A stretch of DNA of 64,000 bases from Bacteroidales bacterium (GCA_049294275.1 JBAQCQ010000053.1:10971-74970); one strand, 5' to 3'. Counted from the first letter of the stretch, positions 1 to 9,809 are shown. A program made the numbers and translations. Notes: generated by a model from the sequence alone, not told the origin.

Positions 1-359
1 GTGACAATGCTTCACTGGGTCCCAGGGGCGAAGAGCTGGCTGCCGCATACCTCATGCAGCACGGCTATACGATCCGCGACAGGAACTGGAGATCGGGAAA
101 GACGGAGATTGACATCATCGCAGAGAACCACTCATTCATAGTTTTTGTCGAGGTCAAGACCCGCTCGGCCGACTACCAGGTCCACCCGGCAGAGGCGGTC
201 AATGTGCCCAAACAGAGAACCATAATCAACGCCGCATCGAATTATATCAGCCGGAACGGACTGGAGAAAGAGGCCAGGTTTGACATCATTACCGTTATAA
301 TCAGCGGGACAGGCAGGCAGGTCGACCACATTGAGAGTGCATTTTACCCCACAATCTGA
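1..359 (+). CDS. YraN-family (UPF0102) endonuclease-like protein; 5' end may lie upstream of the window
   Basis: The frame is open from nt 3. GEELAAAYLMQHGYTIRDRNWR, then EIDIIA and FVEVKTR, fit the YraN PD-(D/E)xK pattern. The first ATG in the track is at 54, but conserved residues precede it. Confidence 0.75.
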   Translation, partial: DNASLGPRGEELAAAYLMQHGYTIRDRNWRSGKTEIDIIAENHSFIVFVEVKTRSADYQVHPAEAVNVPKQRTIINAASNYISRNGLEKEARFDIITVIISGTGRQVDHIESAFYPTI

Positions 360-456
360 CGCGATGCCTGCCAGGCATGCCTGCTCAAAAACATTTCATG
401 GTTCGGTTTATTTCAATATTTTTGACCTTTCCGTAAAACATAAAAGCAAGCCAGAT

Positions 457-1656
457 ATGAAGAAGACTATTTACGCTTATGTGGCGATGGCCCTCGTGCT
501 CACGCCCTTGAATGCACAGAAGGCAAAGAAACAGGAGGAGTCCAAACCTGAAGGCTATAAATTCACCACGGTTGTCACATTGCCTGCCACACCGGTCAAA
601 AATCAATCGGCCACGGGCACCTGCTGGTGCTTCGCAACGACCTCATTCATGGAGTCGGAGCTTCTCCGCATGGGAAAAGGAGAGTATGACCTTTCGGAAA
701 TGTTCATCGTCAGGGAAACTTATGAGAACAGGATCAGGGACAACTTCCTGCGCCAGGGTAAAGGCAATCTCGGCGAGGGAAGCCTCTCTCCGTCATGGCT
801 GAGGGTATTCGGCGAGGAGGGAGTGGTGCCGCAGGAGGCCTATCCGGGCATCAGTTACGACTCGCCGGTGCATAACCACCGTGAACTGCAGTCCTATGTA
901 GATGTGGTGACAACCGTGCCCGTCAAGATGAAGCGTCTCAGCAAGGAGTCGGATGAGGTGGTCGATGCCATTCTCGACATCTACCTGGGCGAGCAGCCGG
1001 AAACATTTACCTTTAAAGGACAGAGTTACACCCCGAAGTCGTTCGCAGCCAGTCTGGGTCTCAACATGAACGACTATGTGCACATAACATCATTCAATCA
1101 TTTCCCATTCTACACTGAAGGCCTCCTCGAGGTTCCCGACAACTGGGAGATGAACCGGTTCCACAATGTCCCGCTCGATGAGCTTATCCAGATCATGGAT
1201 TACGCGCTCAATAACGGTTACACCGTTAACTGGGATGGCGATGTGAGCGAAAAGGGATTCTCTCATGCCAACGGCATAGCTATAAATCCTGATATGACCA
1301 AAGTTGACATCTCCGGCTCGACTGACCGCGCACGTTTTGAAAACATGGGTTCTGACCGTCCGGCAGGGCTCAGCTTTGACAGGCCATACCCCGAGATAGA
1401 TGTAACGCAGGATGTCCGCCAGAAGGGTTATGAGACATTCGTGACAACCGATGACCACCTGATGCACGTCACGGGGGTAGTGAAAGACCAGAACGGCACG
1501 AAATACTATATCACCAAGAATTCATGGGGCACCGACAGGAATCCCACCGGTGGTTATCTGAACATGTCCGAGAGTTTCGTCAGGGCCAAGACCATTTACA
1601 TCATGGTCCATAAGGATGCCGTTCCGGCCGAGATCAGGGCTAAATTGGATATTTGA
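457..1656 (+). CDS. Secreted papain-fold (C1) cysteine peptidase, aminopeptidase C / bleomycin-hydrolase-like
   Basis: Track ORF 331..1656, with the start moved to ATG 457 (MKKTIYAYVAMALVLTPLNAQ, a signal peptide). It has the catalytic Cys context QSATGTCWCFA, His in DDHLMHVTGV, and KNSWG. Confidence 0.85.
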   Translation: MKKTIYAYVAMALVLTPLNAQKAKKQEESKPEGYKFTTVVTLPATPVKNQSATGTCWCFATTSFMESELLRMGKGEYDLSEMFIVRETYENRIRDNFLRQGKGNLGEGSLSPSWLRVFGEEGVVPQEAYPGISYDSPVHNHRELQSYVDVVTTVPVKMKRLSKESDEVVDAILDIYLGEQPETFTFKGQSYTPKSFAASLGLNMNDYVHITSFNHFPFYTEGLLEVPDNWEMNRFHNVPLDELIQIMDYALNNGYTVNWDGDVSEKGFSHANGIAINPDMTKVDISGSTDRARFENMGSDRPAGLSFDRPYPEIDVTQDVRQKGYETFVTTDDHLMHVTGVVKDQNGTKYYITKNSWGTDRNPTGGYLNMSESFVRAKTIYIMVHKDAVPAEIRAKLDI

Positions 1657-1736
1657 AGGGCATTACAATACTGAATGCTCTGGGAGCAAAGCGGTCTATC
1701 GTAATCACTTGCACTACAATACTTTATGGCCTACGG

Positions 1737-1758
1737 GCAGGCGATCGCTATTGCCTGC
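1737..1758. terminator. Hairpin between convergent peptidase and LuxE-like genes (weak terminator candidate)
   Basis: GCAGGC-gatcgctatt-GCCTGC has a 6-bp stem and no clear U-tract. The right arm is the first unit of the heptamer repeat. Confidence 0.3.
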
Positions 1759-1782
1759 TGCCTGCTGCCTGCTGCCTGCTGC
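1753..1782. repeat. Heptanucleotide tandem repeat (GCCTGCT) x4.3
   Basis: Read directly. There are four perfect GCCTGCT units plus GC, ending at the stop codon of the minus-strand LuxE-like gene. Confidence 0.95.
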
Positions 1783-2772
1783 TTAATTCACAAGCAGGTT
1801 ACAGCCGCGTATGTCGGCTTCGTCAAACCGGCCCTGAACCTCGAAAAGGCCCCCGGCGTGCAGGCGGCCCAGATCAGCCGTGGCAACAAAGGAGCATGAA
1901 TAAACATTGGCCAGATCTATAACGCTTATGCCTCCGGCCGAGCCAGGCTCATCTGTGTGCGCAGCGGGATCATGGCTGTCGCGTATCAGAACCTTCATCC
2001 AGGGTGGCGCCATGAAGAGTCCTTCGCCCTTTGAATAAGCCTGGCTGAGCAGTTCCGTCATCCCGTATTCGGAATGAACCGAAGTGACACCAAAGGCTTT
2101 CATGATAATCTCATGCACCTCCTCACGTATCATCTCGCGCCTCCTTCCCTTCATGCCGCCCGTCTCCATTATGATGACATCGCCGAGGTCGGCCTGGCGG
2201 CTCTCGGCCAGGTCAAGCAATGCGAAAGTGACACCGATGAGCAGGACTTTAAGTCTTGCTTTGCGGGCTTCAGCGATGGCACCGAAAAGAGCCTCATGAT
2301 CATTCAGGAAGAAACCTCCCTGGCGGTTTCCCGAAAGTGACATCAGCCGGTTGACCATATAAATCAGTGACGAACCCTCCCTCTCAAGGTACGAGGGCAG
2401 GAGACCCATGACCGCATAGCCCGTCGGCTCACCGTAAAAGATCCTGAAGGCCCGTTCAAGGCTCTCGTCGTACAAAGACAGGTATTTCACCATGTGCCTG
2501 CTCTGCCTCACCCCGGCAGTGCCGCTGCTGAGGAATATCCTTTCATGTTCTCCTTCCCCGGTCATGACGGCATGGTCCCTGAAGAATGATACCGGCATAA
2601 ATGGGATGGAAAAGAGAGTGTCAACCTTACCGGGTTCGACGCCCAGGAGACCCAGGTACTCTTTGTAAACAGGGCATCCGGCAGCCTGAAAACGAAAGAT
2701 CTCCAGGGCCATCTTCTCAAACGACTGGGCATCGGTGACCCTGAAGATCTCTTCAGTGAAAGGTGCTTTCAT
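1783..2772 (-). CDS. LuxE-like acyl-protein synthetase / adenylate-forming family protein (often annotated 'acyl transferase'); function unknown
   Basis: 329-aa ORF with the FLSSGTAGVRQSRH adenylation-type loop and a LuxE-like overall layout. It is the last gene of the pgk-lipoprotein string. Confidence 0.6.
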   Translation of the reverse strand: MKAPFTEEIFRVTDAQSFEKMALEIFRFQAAGCPVYKEYLGLLGVEPGKVDTLFSIPFMPVSFFRDHAVMTGEGEHERIFLSSGTAGVRQSRHMVKYLSLYDESLERAFRIFYGEPTGYAVMGLLPSYLEREGSSLIYMVNRLMSLSGNRQGGFFLNDHEALFGAIAEARKARLKVLLIGVTFALLDLAESRQADLGDVIIMETGGMKGRRREMIREEVHEIIMKAFGVTSVHSEYGMTELLSQAYSKGEGLFMAPPWMKVLIRDSHDPAAHTDEPGSAGGISVIDLANVYSCSFVATADLGRLHAGGLFEVQGRFDEADIRGCNLLVN

Positions 2773-2777
2773 GTATA

Positions 2778-3311
2778 CTACGGGAATGTCGCAGTTCCGT
2801 CAGGCTGCCAGACCCACTCAAACCTGCAGGTAGCCAGCGCTGTTGGTGTAGTAACCAGGGTGACGCTTAAGATCCTCAGTTTGGCATATTTGGAATCGCG
2901 GGTCCTGACCACCCAGACCTGGTTTGCCTTCAGCGGAGTCGCCAGGTCGATCCATGAGACGGCGCCCACGCTTTTCAATGTATCGAAGGCGTTCACTGCA
3001 TCTCCCTCAGAGGCATATTCACCTGCCAGGGCGAACGGCGGGTTGAGGGTGTTTGCACTGAGATATGCCACTGCGGGGCCGCCTGAAGTGACCGGACCGG
3101 CCTGAACCGTGATGTCAGCCCTGTACTGATCAGGCAGCGTCGGGACCTCCTTGCCCTCGTCAAAGGAGAGTCCCAGCGCATAGTAATAGGAATCGGCCTC
3201 ATACAGTTCACTTGTCAGCGTGATCGAACCCGAGTATTGCTGATCATCTCCGCCACACCCTGAAAACATGAGCAGGACTGCCAGTGCCGGTATGAGCTTC
3301 AGTCTCATCAT
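2778..3311 (-). CDS. Hypothetical lipoprotein
   Basis: 177 aa with lipobox LLMFSG|C. Its ATG overlaps the pgk stop (ATGA at 3308-3311). No domain recognised. Confidence 0.6.
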   Translation of the reverse strand: MMRLKLIPALAVLLMFSGCGGDDQQYSGSITLTSELYEADSYYYALGLSFDEGKEVPTLPDQYRADITVQAGPVTSGGPAVAYLSANTLNPPFALAGEYASEGDAVNAFDTLKSVGAVSWIDLATPLKANQVWVVRTRDSKYAKLRILSVTLVTTPTALATCRFEWVWQPDGTATFP

Positions 3312-4570
3312 TCTCCCCTGATAGCCGTGATACCCGGCAACTTCCTGCCTTCCATGTACTCAAGCATGGCGCCGCCGCCGGTAGATACATAACTGACCTT
3401 GTCCGCCAGTCCGTTCTTGTTTATGGCCGCAACGGAGTCACCTCCGCCGATGAGTGAGAAGGCTCCCTTTTCGGTTGCTTTTGCCACTGCCTTTGCTATT
3501 GCTGTAGTGCCGGCAGCAAACTTTTCCATCTCGAAAACACCCATCGGGCCGTTCCAGAGAATTGTCTTCGATTCCATTATCAACTTCTCGAACAGGGCAA
3601 TGCTCTTTGGTCCGATGTCAAGTCCCATCCAGCCGTCGTTCACGTCATCAATGGCAGACACATAGGTATTTGCATTGGAGTCGAACTTATCGGCGTTTAT
3701 TCCGTCAACCGGGAACAGCAGGTTCACTCCCTTCGCCTTTGCCTTTTCCATAACAGCCTTTGCAACGTCCAGCTTGTCCTCTTCGCACAGAGAATTCCCG
3801 ATTTTTCCGCCATTGGCTTTGATGAATGTATAGGTCATACCACCGCCAATAATCAGGTTGTCAACACTGTCCAGCAGGTTCTCTATTATCAGGATCTTGT
3901 CCGATACCTTTGCTCCTCCCATGACGGCAGTAAAGGGCTTCTGCGAGCTCCTCAGTACCCTGTCCATAGCCGCCAGCTCACTGTTAATCAGGAACCCGAA
4001 CATCCTCTTATCCTCCGGAAAATAATCAGCTATGACGGCTGTTGTGGCATGGGCCCTGTGTGCGGTCCCGAAAGCATCATTGACATATATGTCGGCATAG
4101 GTCGAAAGTCTCTTTGCCATCTCCTTCTGCTTCACCTTCAGAGCTGCCTTGGCAGCTTTCTTCTCCTCATCGGTGGCTGTCTCAGGGAGAACAGGCTTCC
4201 CCTCCTCCTCGGGATAGAACCTTACGTTCTCAAGCATCATCACCTCTCCCGGTTTCAGGGCGGCGGCCATGGCAGCGGCCTCATCGCCAAGCGCATCGGG
4301 GGCAAAGGCGACCTTCATTCCGAGGAGTTTCTCAAGTACCGGCAGTACAGGCTTGAGGGAATACTTCTCCATGACACCCTCTGGACGTCCGAGGTGAGAC
4401 ATAAGTATCACGGATCCCCCGTCACCGGAGATCTTCCTTATGGTTTTGAGCGCACCGCGTATGCGCGTGTCGTCGGTGACCGCACGTGTCTGTTTGTCGA
4501 GCGGAACGTTGAAATCGACCCTTACTATAGCCTTATGGCCCTTGAAATTGAAGTCGTCTATGAGTTTCAT
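3308..4570 (-). CDS. pgk: Phosphoglycerate kinase
   Basis: 420 aa with the motifs [22 protein letters not shown] and [15 protein letters not shown]. Confidence 0.97.
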   Translation of the reverse strand: MKLIDDFNFKGHKAIVRVDFNVPLDKQTRAVTDDTRIRGALKTIRKISGDGGSVILMSHLGRPEGVMEKYSLKPVLPVLEKLLGMKVAFAPDALGDEAAAMAAALKPGEVMMLENVRFYPEEEGKPVLPETATDEEKKAAKAALKVKQKEMAKRLSTYADIYVNDAFGTAHRAHATTAVIADYFPEDKRMFGFLINSELAAMDRVLRSSQKPFTAVMGGAKVSDKILIIENLLDSVDNLIIGGGMTYTFIKANGGKIGNSLCEEDKLDVAKAVMEKAKAKGVNLLFPVDGINADKFDSNANTYVSAIDDVNDGWMGLDIGPKSIALFEKLIMESKTILWNGPMGVFEMEKFAAGTTAIAKAVAKATEKGAFSLIGGGDSVAAINKNGLADKVSYVSTGGGAMLEYMEGRKLPGITAIRGE

Positions 4571-4609
4571 AAATTTCAGATTAATTGATTAAAATTCCTT
4601 TCCACCATG

Positions 4610-4617
4610 CAAAAATA
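4610..4617 (-). promoter_or_regulatory. Bacteroidota -7 promoter box candidate (TAnnTTTG) for pgk
   Basis: TATTTTTG on the minus strand, with 39 nt to the pgk ATG. Confidence 0.35.
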
Positions 4618-4698
4618 AGAAGTTGCCTGTATCGGCACTATTGTAAGGCCCAATTAATTGATTTAATTTTTTGTTCAACAATTGCTCAACTGATTTGT

Positions 4699-4706
4699 TA
4701 ATTTTG
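4699..4706 (+). promoter_or_regulatory. -7 box candidate (TAnnTTTG) for the TerB-like gene
   Basis: TAATTTTG, with 16 nt to ATG 4723. Confidence 0.35.
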
Positions 4707-4722
4707 TGAGAGAATTTGAAAA

Positions 4723-5163
4723 ATGAATTTTACGGATTTCATTACCGACAACGGTCGGAAGATTAACAGGGAAAACTTCATCCATCTGATCCAGGTGGCA
4801 CAGGCTGACGGAACGATTGACAGCAGGGAACTGGCGATGCTGCACAGGTTTGGCAGCCGTTTCAGCCTGACAGACCCGGAGATAGACAAGCTTATAGCCT
4901 CCGAACAGTCACATATCTACAGTCCTCCGTACGACCTGGAGGAGAGGTTCATTCATCTCTATGATGCGGTATCAATAATGAATTCAGACTCAAATATCAC
5001 TGACAGCGAGAAAAGACTCTTCGGCAAACTGGCTGTAGCCGCCTCGTTCACCGATGATGTAATTCCGAGGCTGTTTGATTTTATACTTGACGGGCTCAGG
5101 AAGGGAACAGATGAGCATGATCTCTTCGAGAAATTCAGGAAGGCAAAGTTCTTACGTAACTAA
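4723..5163 (+). CDS. TerB-like (tellurite-resistance / DjlA-N-like) helical protein
   Basis: 146 aa with two helical repeats carrying ADGTIDSRELAML and SDSNITDSEKRLF, as in TerB-fold proteins. Confidence 0.5.
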   Translation: MNFTDFITDNGRKINRENFIHLIQVAQADGTIDSRELAMLHRFGSRFSLTDPEIDKLIASEQSHIYSPPYDLEERFIHLYDAVSIMNSDSNITDSEKRLFGKLAVAASFTDDVIPRLFDFILDGLRKGTDEHDLFEKFRKAKFLRN

Positions 5164-5177
5164 TTAATAACTAAATA

Positions 5178-5675
5178 ATGGCAAAAATCACATTAAAAGG
5201 AAATCCCGTCAATTCATACGGGGATCTTCCCGTAAAAGGAAGCAAGGCTCCCGCGTTCAGGCTGGTTAAATCAGATCTGGGGGAACTCTCGCTTGAAGAG
5301 CTGAAAGGCAAAAAAGTAATACTTAATATTTCCCCCAGCCTCGACACTGGTATATGTGCCACGGCAATGCGAAAATTCAACCAGCTTGCAGCCGGCATGA
5401 CCAACACTGTCGTCCTCGCAATCACGAAGGATCTGCCCTTTGCACACGGCCGTTTCTGTTCGACTGAAGGAATAACCAATGTGACCACACTTTCCGGGTT
5501 CCGTGATCACACTTTCGGAAAGGACTACGGCATTGAGATAATTGACGGCGGATTCAAGGGCCTGTATGCACGCAGCATTGTGGTGATTGACGAGAACGGA
5601 ATTGTGAAATATACCGAGCTGGTACCCGAAATTGCACAGGAGCCTGATTACGACAAGGCTATTGCAGCCCTCTGA
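5178..5675 (+). CDS. tpx: Thiol peroxidase (atypical 2-Cys peroxiredoxin)
   Basis: 165 aa with the peroxidatic Cys context SPSLDTGICA, the resolving Cys context HGRFCSTEG, and typical Tpx length. Confidence 0.9.
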   Translation: MAKITLKGNPVNSYGDLPVKGSKAPAFRLVKSDLGELSLEELKGKKVILNISPSLDTGICATAMRKFNQLAAGMTNTVVLAITKDLPFAHGRFCSTEGITNVTTLSGFRDHTFGKDYGIEIIDGGFKGLYARSIVVIDENGIVKYTELVPEIAQEPDYDKAIAAL

Positions 5676-5755
5676 TCAGGGATTTTCTGCGTGAACCTGA
5701 CTGTTGCCTTGTACATGCATCTCCCTTTCCGGGGTCTTTCTCTCTGATTTTTTAC

Positions 5756-5763
5756 TATTTTTG
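5756..5763 (+). promoter_or_regulatory. -7 box candidate for holB
   Basis: TATTTTTG, with 23 nt to ATG 5787. Confidence 0.35.
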
Positions 5764-5786
5764 CTCTCCGTCAGCGGCAGGGCAGA

Positions 5787-6914
5787 ATGAATTTTTCACA
5801 GATACCAGGGCAGAAGGCAGTCATTGACAGGCTGAGAAGTTCCGTAGCAGAGAACCGGGTCAGCCATGCCCTGCTTCTATATGGGCCTGAGGGAAGCGGC
5901 AAGTTTGCAATAGCCCTGGCCTTTGCCCGTTACATCAGTTGTGAAAAAAGAACCCGTGAAGATGCCTGCGGTGTATGCCCGTCATGCGTCAAATACGACA
6001 AGCTTATCCATCCTGACCTTCATTTCGTCTTTCCCGTCATAAAGAAAAAGGCAGGCACCGAGCCGGTCAGCGACACATACATTGCACAATGGAGGGCAAT
6101 GGTTCTCAGGTCGCCATGGTTCTCGCTGAGCACCTGGACAGAAGCGATGGAGGTGGCCAACGAACAGGCGCTGATTCCTGTTGCAGAGGCGTCGGAGATC
6201 GTGCGCAAGCTCAGCCTCAAGTCGTTTGAATCCGACTTCAAGATCATGATCATCTGGCTTCCGGAGAAGATGAATGCCGAGACGGCAAACAAGCTTCTGA
6301 AGATGATCGAGGAGCCCCCCGCCAGGACTCTCTTCATCCTGGTATCAGAGGAGGATGACAAGCTGTTGCCGACAATAACCTCACGCTGCCAGCATATCCG
6401 TATCCCCGCCATCTCATCTGAAGATCTGAGCGCCTACCTGATGAATGAAGCCCGCCTGGAACAGGCAAGAGCGACGGAGATAGCCGCCATCGCCAACGGG
6501 AACATGGTCAGGGCCATGGAACTGGCAAGGGAGGACAACACCGCCACTGTTCACCTTGAACGCTTCACGCGTCTGATGCGCACAGCCTATACCCGTGACA
6601 TACAGTCGCTGGTGACATGGTCCGAGGAGACTGCCGCACTCGGAAGGGAGAGGCAGAAGAGCTTTCTCTCCTATGCCCTGAGGATGATACGGGAGAACTT
6701 CATACTTAATTTCGGGGGAAAGGAGAATAAACTGGTCCATCTGACACAGAGTGAAGACGACTTCTCTCAGAAGTTTCACTCCTTCATCAACGAGAACAAC
6801 ATCAATGCCCTCAACCGTGAATTCAATCTTGCCTATGCCCATGTCGAGAGCAATGGCAACACCAAAATGATCTTCCTCGACCTGGCGCTGAAGACATTGA
6901 GACTTATCAGGTAA
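5787..6914 (+). CDS. holB: DNA polymerase III subunit delta'
   Basis: 375 aa with HALLLYGPEGSGK, the Zn module CEKRTREDACGVCPSC, and the SRC motif TITSRCQ. Confidence 0.85.
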   Translation: MNFSQIPGQKAVIDRLRSSVAENRVSHALLLYGPEGSGKFAIALAFARYISCEKRTREDACGVCPSCVKYDKLIHPDLHFVFPVIKKKAGTEPVSDTYIAQWRAMVLRSPWFSLSTWTEAMEVANEQALIPVAEASEIVRKLSLKSFESDFKIMIIWLPEKMNAETANKLLKMIEEPPARTLFILVSEEDDKLLPTITSRCQHIRIPAISSEDLSAYLMNEARLEQARATEIAAIANGNMVRAMELAREDNTATVHLERFTRLMRTAYTRDIQSLVTWSEETAALGRERQKSFLSYALRMIRENFILNFGGKENKLVHLTQSEDDFSQKFHSFINENNINALNREFNLAYAHVESNGNTKMIFLDLALKTLRLIR

Positions 6915-6950
6915 CTGAGGGGAATCACTTGATAATAGCGTATTTATTCC

Positions 6951-6958
6951 TAATTTTG
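6951..6958 (+). promoter_or_regulatory. -7 box candidate for the PSP1-gldH-trmB string
   Basis: TAATTTTG, with 60 nt to ATG 7019. CTTG lies about 21 nt upstream as a weak -33. Confidence 0.3.
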
Positions 6959-7018
6959 CATTCACCTTCCGGAAAGAGGGTTTTCTTACGCCCTGTCCGG
7001 AAACGATAACCTGACGTC

Positions 7019-8161
7019 ATGATAAACGAAGATATACAGGTCCCTGGAGGCGAAGAGCCTTCGCCGCCTGAATTGAAATACAGCATCGGGGCAAACAAGC
7101 TGAATGAGTACAACTGGCTTGCGGATCTGCCTTTCGATCCACGATACAATGAGGTCATCGAGGTTCGTTTCAAGAACACCCGCAAGGGCTTTTACCGCAA
7201 CGTGAACGGACTGAGGCTCGAAGTTGACGACATTGTAGCTGTTGAGGCCTCCCCCGGTCATGACATAGGCTATGTCTCCATGACCGGATTCCTTGTCCTG
7301 GAGCAGCTGAAGAAACTGAAGGTCAGACCTGTCATTGATGAGATGAAGAAGGTCTACAGGAAAGCCAGACCGGTCGACCTGCAGAAATGGGAAGAAGCAA
7401 AAAAACTCGAGACTCACACTATGCTCAGGTCACGAAAGATAGCGGAGAACCTGGGGCTGGCAATGAAGATAGGCGATGTTGAATACCAGGGAGACAAGAC
7501 AAAGGCGATCTTCTACTATCTTGCCGATGAGAGGGTTGACTTCCGTCAGCTCATAAAGGTGCTTGCCGAGGAGTTTCACATCAGGATAGAGATGCGGCAG
7601 ATAGGTGCGCGCCAGGAGGCGGGACGTATAGGCGGCATCGGAACCTGCGGACGCGAGCTCTGCTGCTCGACCCATGTGACCAATTTCATGTCGGTGACCA
7701 CCTCACATGCCCGCTACCAGGATCTGTCTCTCAATCCCCAAAAGCTGGCAGGGCAGTGCGGTAAGCTGAAGTGCTGCCTCAACTATGAGCTCGACTGCTA
7801 TATTGACGCTCAGAAAGACTATCCTTCGAAAGAGATACCCCTCGAGCTTGCCGGAGGAACAGCCTGGTTTATGAAGATGGAGGTCCACACCGGCATCTAC
7901 TGGTATTCGACAGATCAGCGCATGGCTGTCAACCTGACTGCGGTGCCGGTAGCACGGGTCCGCGAAATCATCCAGCTCAACAGGAAAGGAATCAAACCTG
8001 AGAATCTGCTCTCCAGCCCTGCGAACAATACGATCGGGAAGGGGAACGACCTGCTGCTGCAAAACAGCGGTCTGACAAGGTTCGAAACGAAGAGCAACCC
8101 GCGGGAAGGTAAGGGCAGAAACAAACCATATCACAGGAGAAATGACAAAAGGCAGAAGTAG
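7019..8161 (+). CDS. PSP1-domain protein (RicT/YaaT-like)
   Basis: 380 aa with a Cys-rich PSP1 core: IGGIGTCGRELCCSTH, then GKLKCCLNYE. Confidence 0.85.
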   Translation: MINEDIQVPGGEEPSPPELKYSIGANKLNEYNWLADLPFDPRYNEVIEVRFKNTRKGFYRNVNGLRLEVDDIVAVEASPGHDIGYVSMTGFLVLEQLKKLKVRPVIDEMKKVYRKARPVDLQKWEEAKKLETHTMLRSRKIAENLGLAMKIGDVEYQGDKTKAIFYYLADERVDFRQLIKVLAEEFHIRIEMRQIGARQEAGRIGGIGTCGRELCCSTHVTNFMSVTTSHARYQDLSLNPQKLAGQCGKLKCCLNYELDCYIDAQKDYPSKEIPLELAGGTAWFMKMEVHTGIYWYSTDQRMAVNLTAVPVARVREIIQLNRKGIKPENLLSSPANNTIGKGNDLLLQNSGLTRFETKSNPREGKGRNKPYHRRNDKRQK

Positions 8162-8630
8162 CATACTTGTTGCCGGCATCATGCTGGCAGTCATCACCCT
8201 CTCATGCGACAGAAACACCATCTTCTCTGACAACTACAGGATTGAAGAGAGGCAGTGGAGCATGTACGACCCTGCCAGCTACACCTGTACAATTGGTGAT
8301 TCAGTCAGCACATTCAACATTGACCTCTCGGTGCGGACCTCGACCGACTATCCATACCGCAACATGTATCTTTTTATTTCAACCACCTTCCCTTCAGGGA
8401 CCACTGTCACCGACACCCTGCAGACTATGATCACCGACGAAAAGGGGAAGTGGCTCGGGAAAGGCGCAGGAGACCTCCGTGAACTTACCTTCCCGTACAA
8501 ATCAAATGTCTATTTTCCCGAGATGGGCGAATATCATATCAAAATTGCACACGGCATGAGAGACACCGTGCTGAAGGGGGTTTACAACATTGGGTTGAAG
8601 ATAACCCTGAAAGAGGGCAAGAGCAGATAA
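8142..8630 (+). CDS. gldH: Gliding-motility / T9SS-associated lipoprotein GldH
   Basis: 162 aa with lipobox VITLS|C. Size and YPYRNMYLFIS, GKWLGKGAGD, GEYHIKIAHGMRD fit the GldH family. It overlaps the PSP1 gene by 20 nt. Confidence 0.75.
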   Translation: MTKGRSSILVAGIMLAVITLSCDRNTIFSDNYRIEERQWSMYDPASYTCTIGDSVSTFNIDLSVRTSTDYPYRNMYLFISTTFPSGTTVTDTLQTMITDEKGKWLGKGAGDLRELTFPYKSNVYFPEMGEYHIKIAHGMRDTVLKGVYNIGLKITLKEGKSR

Positions 8631-8638
8631 CCTGGGCT

Positions 8639-9337
8639 TTGGGTAAGAACAAACTGGCACACTGGACTGAGATGAAGGGCTTCGACAATGTGATCGAACC
8701 TTCATTTGAAGAGGCTTTCAGGCACGATCACGATCTGAAGGGAAAATGGCGCAGTGACTGGTTCGGCAACGACAATCCCGTAATCCTTGAACTTGGCTGC
8801 GGCAAGGGCGAATACACGGTTGGGCTTGCCGGCAAATACCCTGACAGGAATTTCATCGGGATCGATATCAAGGGAGCCAGGATGTGGAGGGGGGCAAAGG
8901 ATTCACACCAGAAACAGATGCCGAACACTGCCTTCCTTCGTACCAGGATAGAGTTCACCGGCTCATTTTTTGCTCCCGGCGAGGCCGATGAGATATGGCT
9001 TACATTTCCTGACCCCCAACCCGGGAGAAAGAGAGAAAAGAAACGGATTACCTCACCCCTGTTCCTGAATCTGTACAGGAGGTACCTTAAGGACAACGGC
9101 ATCATCCACCTGAAGACTGACAACAGGGAACTGTATGACTACACTCTCTCGGTGGTGCAGTTCAACGGACTGCAGATTATCGCTTCAGTGACTGATCTGT
9201 ATGCCCGGATGCCTGATGACCCCATGTTCTCAATAAGAACCTATTACGAAGAGATCTTCCTGAAACAGGGAGCCCCTATCACATACCTGTCATTCAGACT
9301 GCCTCATGAAAAAGAGATCATCAGTGCAATCGGCTGA
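8639..9337 (+). CDS. trmB: tRNA (guanine46-N7)-methyltransferase
   Basis: A TTG start gives the conserved MGKNKL N-terminus. The SAM motif is ILELGCGKGEYT. Confidence 0.9.
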   Translation: MGKNKLAHWTEMKGFDNVIEPSFEEAFRHDHDLKGKWRSDWFGNDNPVILELGCGKGEYTVGLAGKYPDRNFIGIDIKGARMWRGAKDSHQKQMPNTAFLRTRIEFTGSFFAPGEADEIWLTFPDPQPGRKREKKRITSPLFLNLYRRYLKDNGIIHLKTDNRELYDYTLSVVQFNGLQIIASVTDLYARMPDDPMFSIRTYYEEIFLKQGAPITYLSFRLPHEKEIISAIG

Positions 9338-9662
9338 GAATGAAGGCTTCTTCAGGCGGGTCTACGATATCACCCGACTGATACCCCGGGGACGGATAAC
9401 TTCATACGGTGCCATAGCCAGGTATCTGGGCACCGCACAGTCGGCGAGGATGGTGGGTTGGGCGCTGAACTCCTCTCACCTGATGCCCGGATTCATCCCG
9501 GCACACCGGGTTGTGAACCGCAACGGAATGCTGACGGGAAAGCATCACTTCGGCAACTCGTCAACAATGCAGCAACTGCTTGAAAACGAGGGGTTCACCG
9601 TCAAAGACGACATGGTGCTTGAGTTCAGGGAGAGGTTCTGGGATCCCGCTGCTGAACTCTGA
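9306..9662 (+). CDS. MGMT-family DNA-binding protein lacking the acceptor cysteine (alkyltransferase-like, ATL)
   Basis: 118 aa. RITSYGAIARYLG and IPAHRVVNRNG occupy the place of the PCHRV active site, so Cys is replaced by Ala. Confidence 0.8.
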   Translation: MKKRSSVQSAENEGFFRRVYDITRLIPRGRITSYGAIARYLGTAQSARMVGWALNSSHLMPGFIPAHRVVNRNGMLTGKHHFGNSSTMQQLLENEGFTVKDDMVLEFRERFWDPAAEL

Positions 9663-9809
9663 CAGGGCTGGTGTGTTAATCAAGGCAATAGCTAAAAATT
9701 GCGCGCAGCGCAAAAAGTATTGTAGAAGTATCTGTTATATGTTTTATTTATTCCTCGTAGAGGATTAATTATTGTACCCGGCAGTGAAGGCAAGTAAAAA
9801 TTAAACACC

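Noticed and set aside
331-456. N-terminal extensions in the ORF track (also 15229-15258, 23581-23676, 27643-27666, 28617-28694, 34995-35105, 35785-35880, 44437-44511 and 63479-63571)
   Set aside because: The internal ATGs give conserved N-termini or signal peptides. Several extensions contain the gene's own TAnnTTTG box or overlap the preceding CDS.
1741-1748. GCGATCGC, the cyanobacterial HIP1 palindrome
   Set aside because: I noticed only this one occurrence. The gene content is clearly Bacteroidota, so it is a coincidence.
1653-1922. 89-aa ORF spanning the heptamer repeat
   Set aside because: It reads through a microsatellite (the CCLLPAACCLLL stretch) and overlaps the 3' end of the LuxE-like gene on the other strand.
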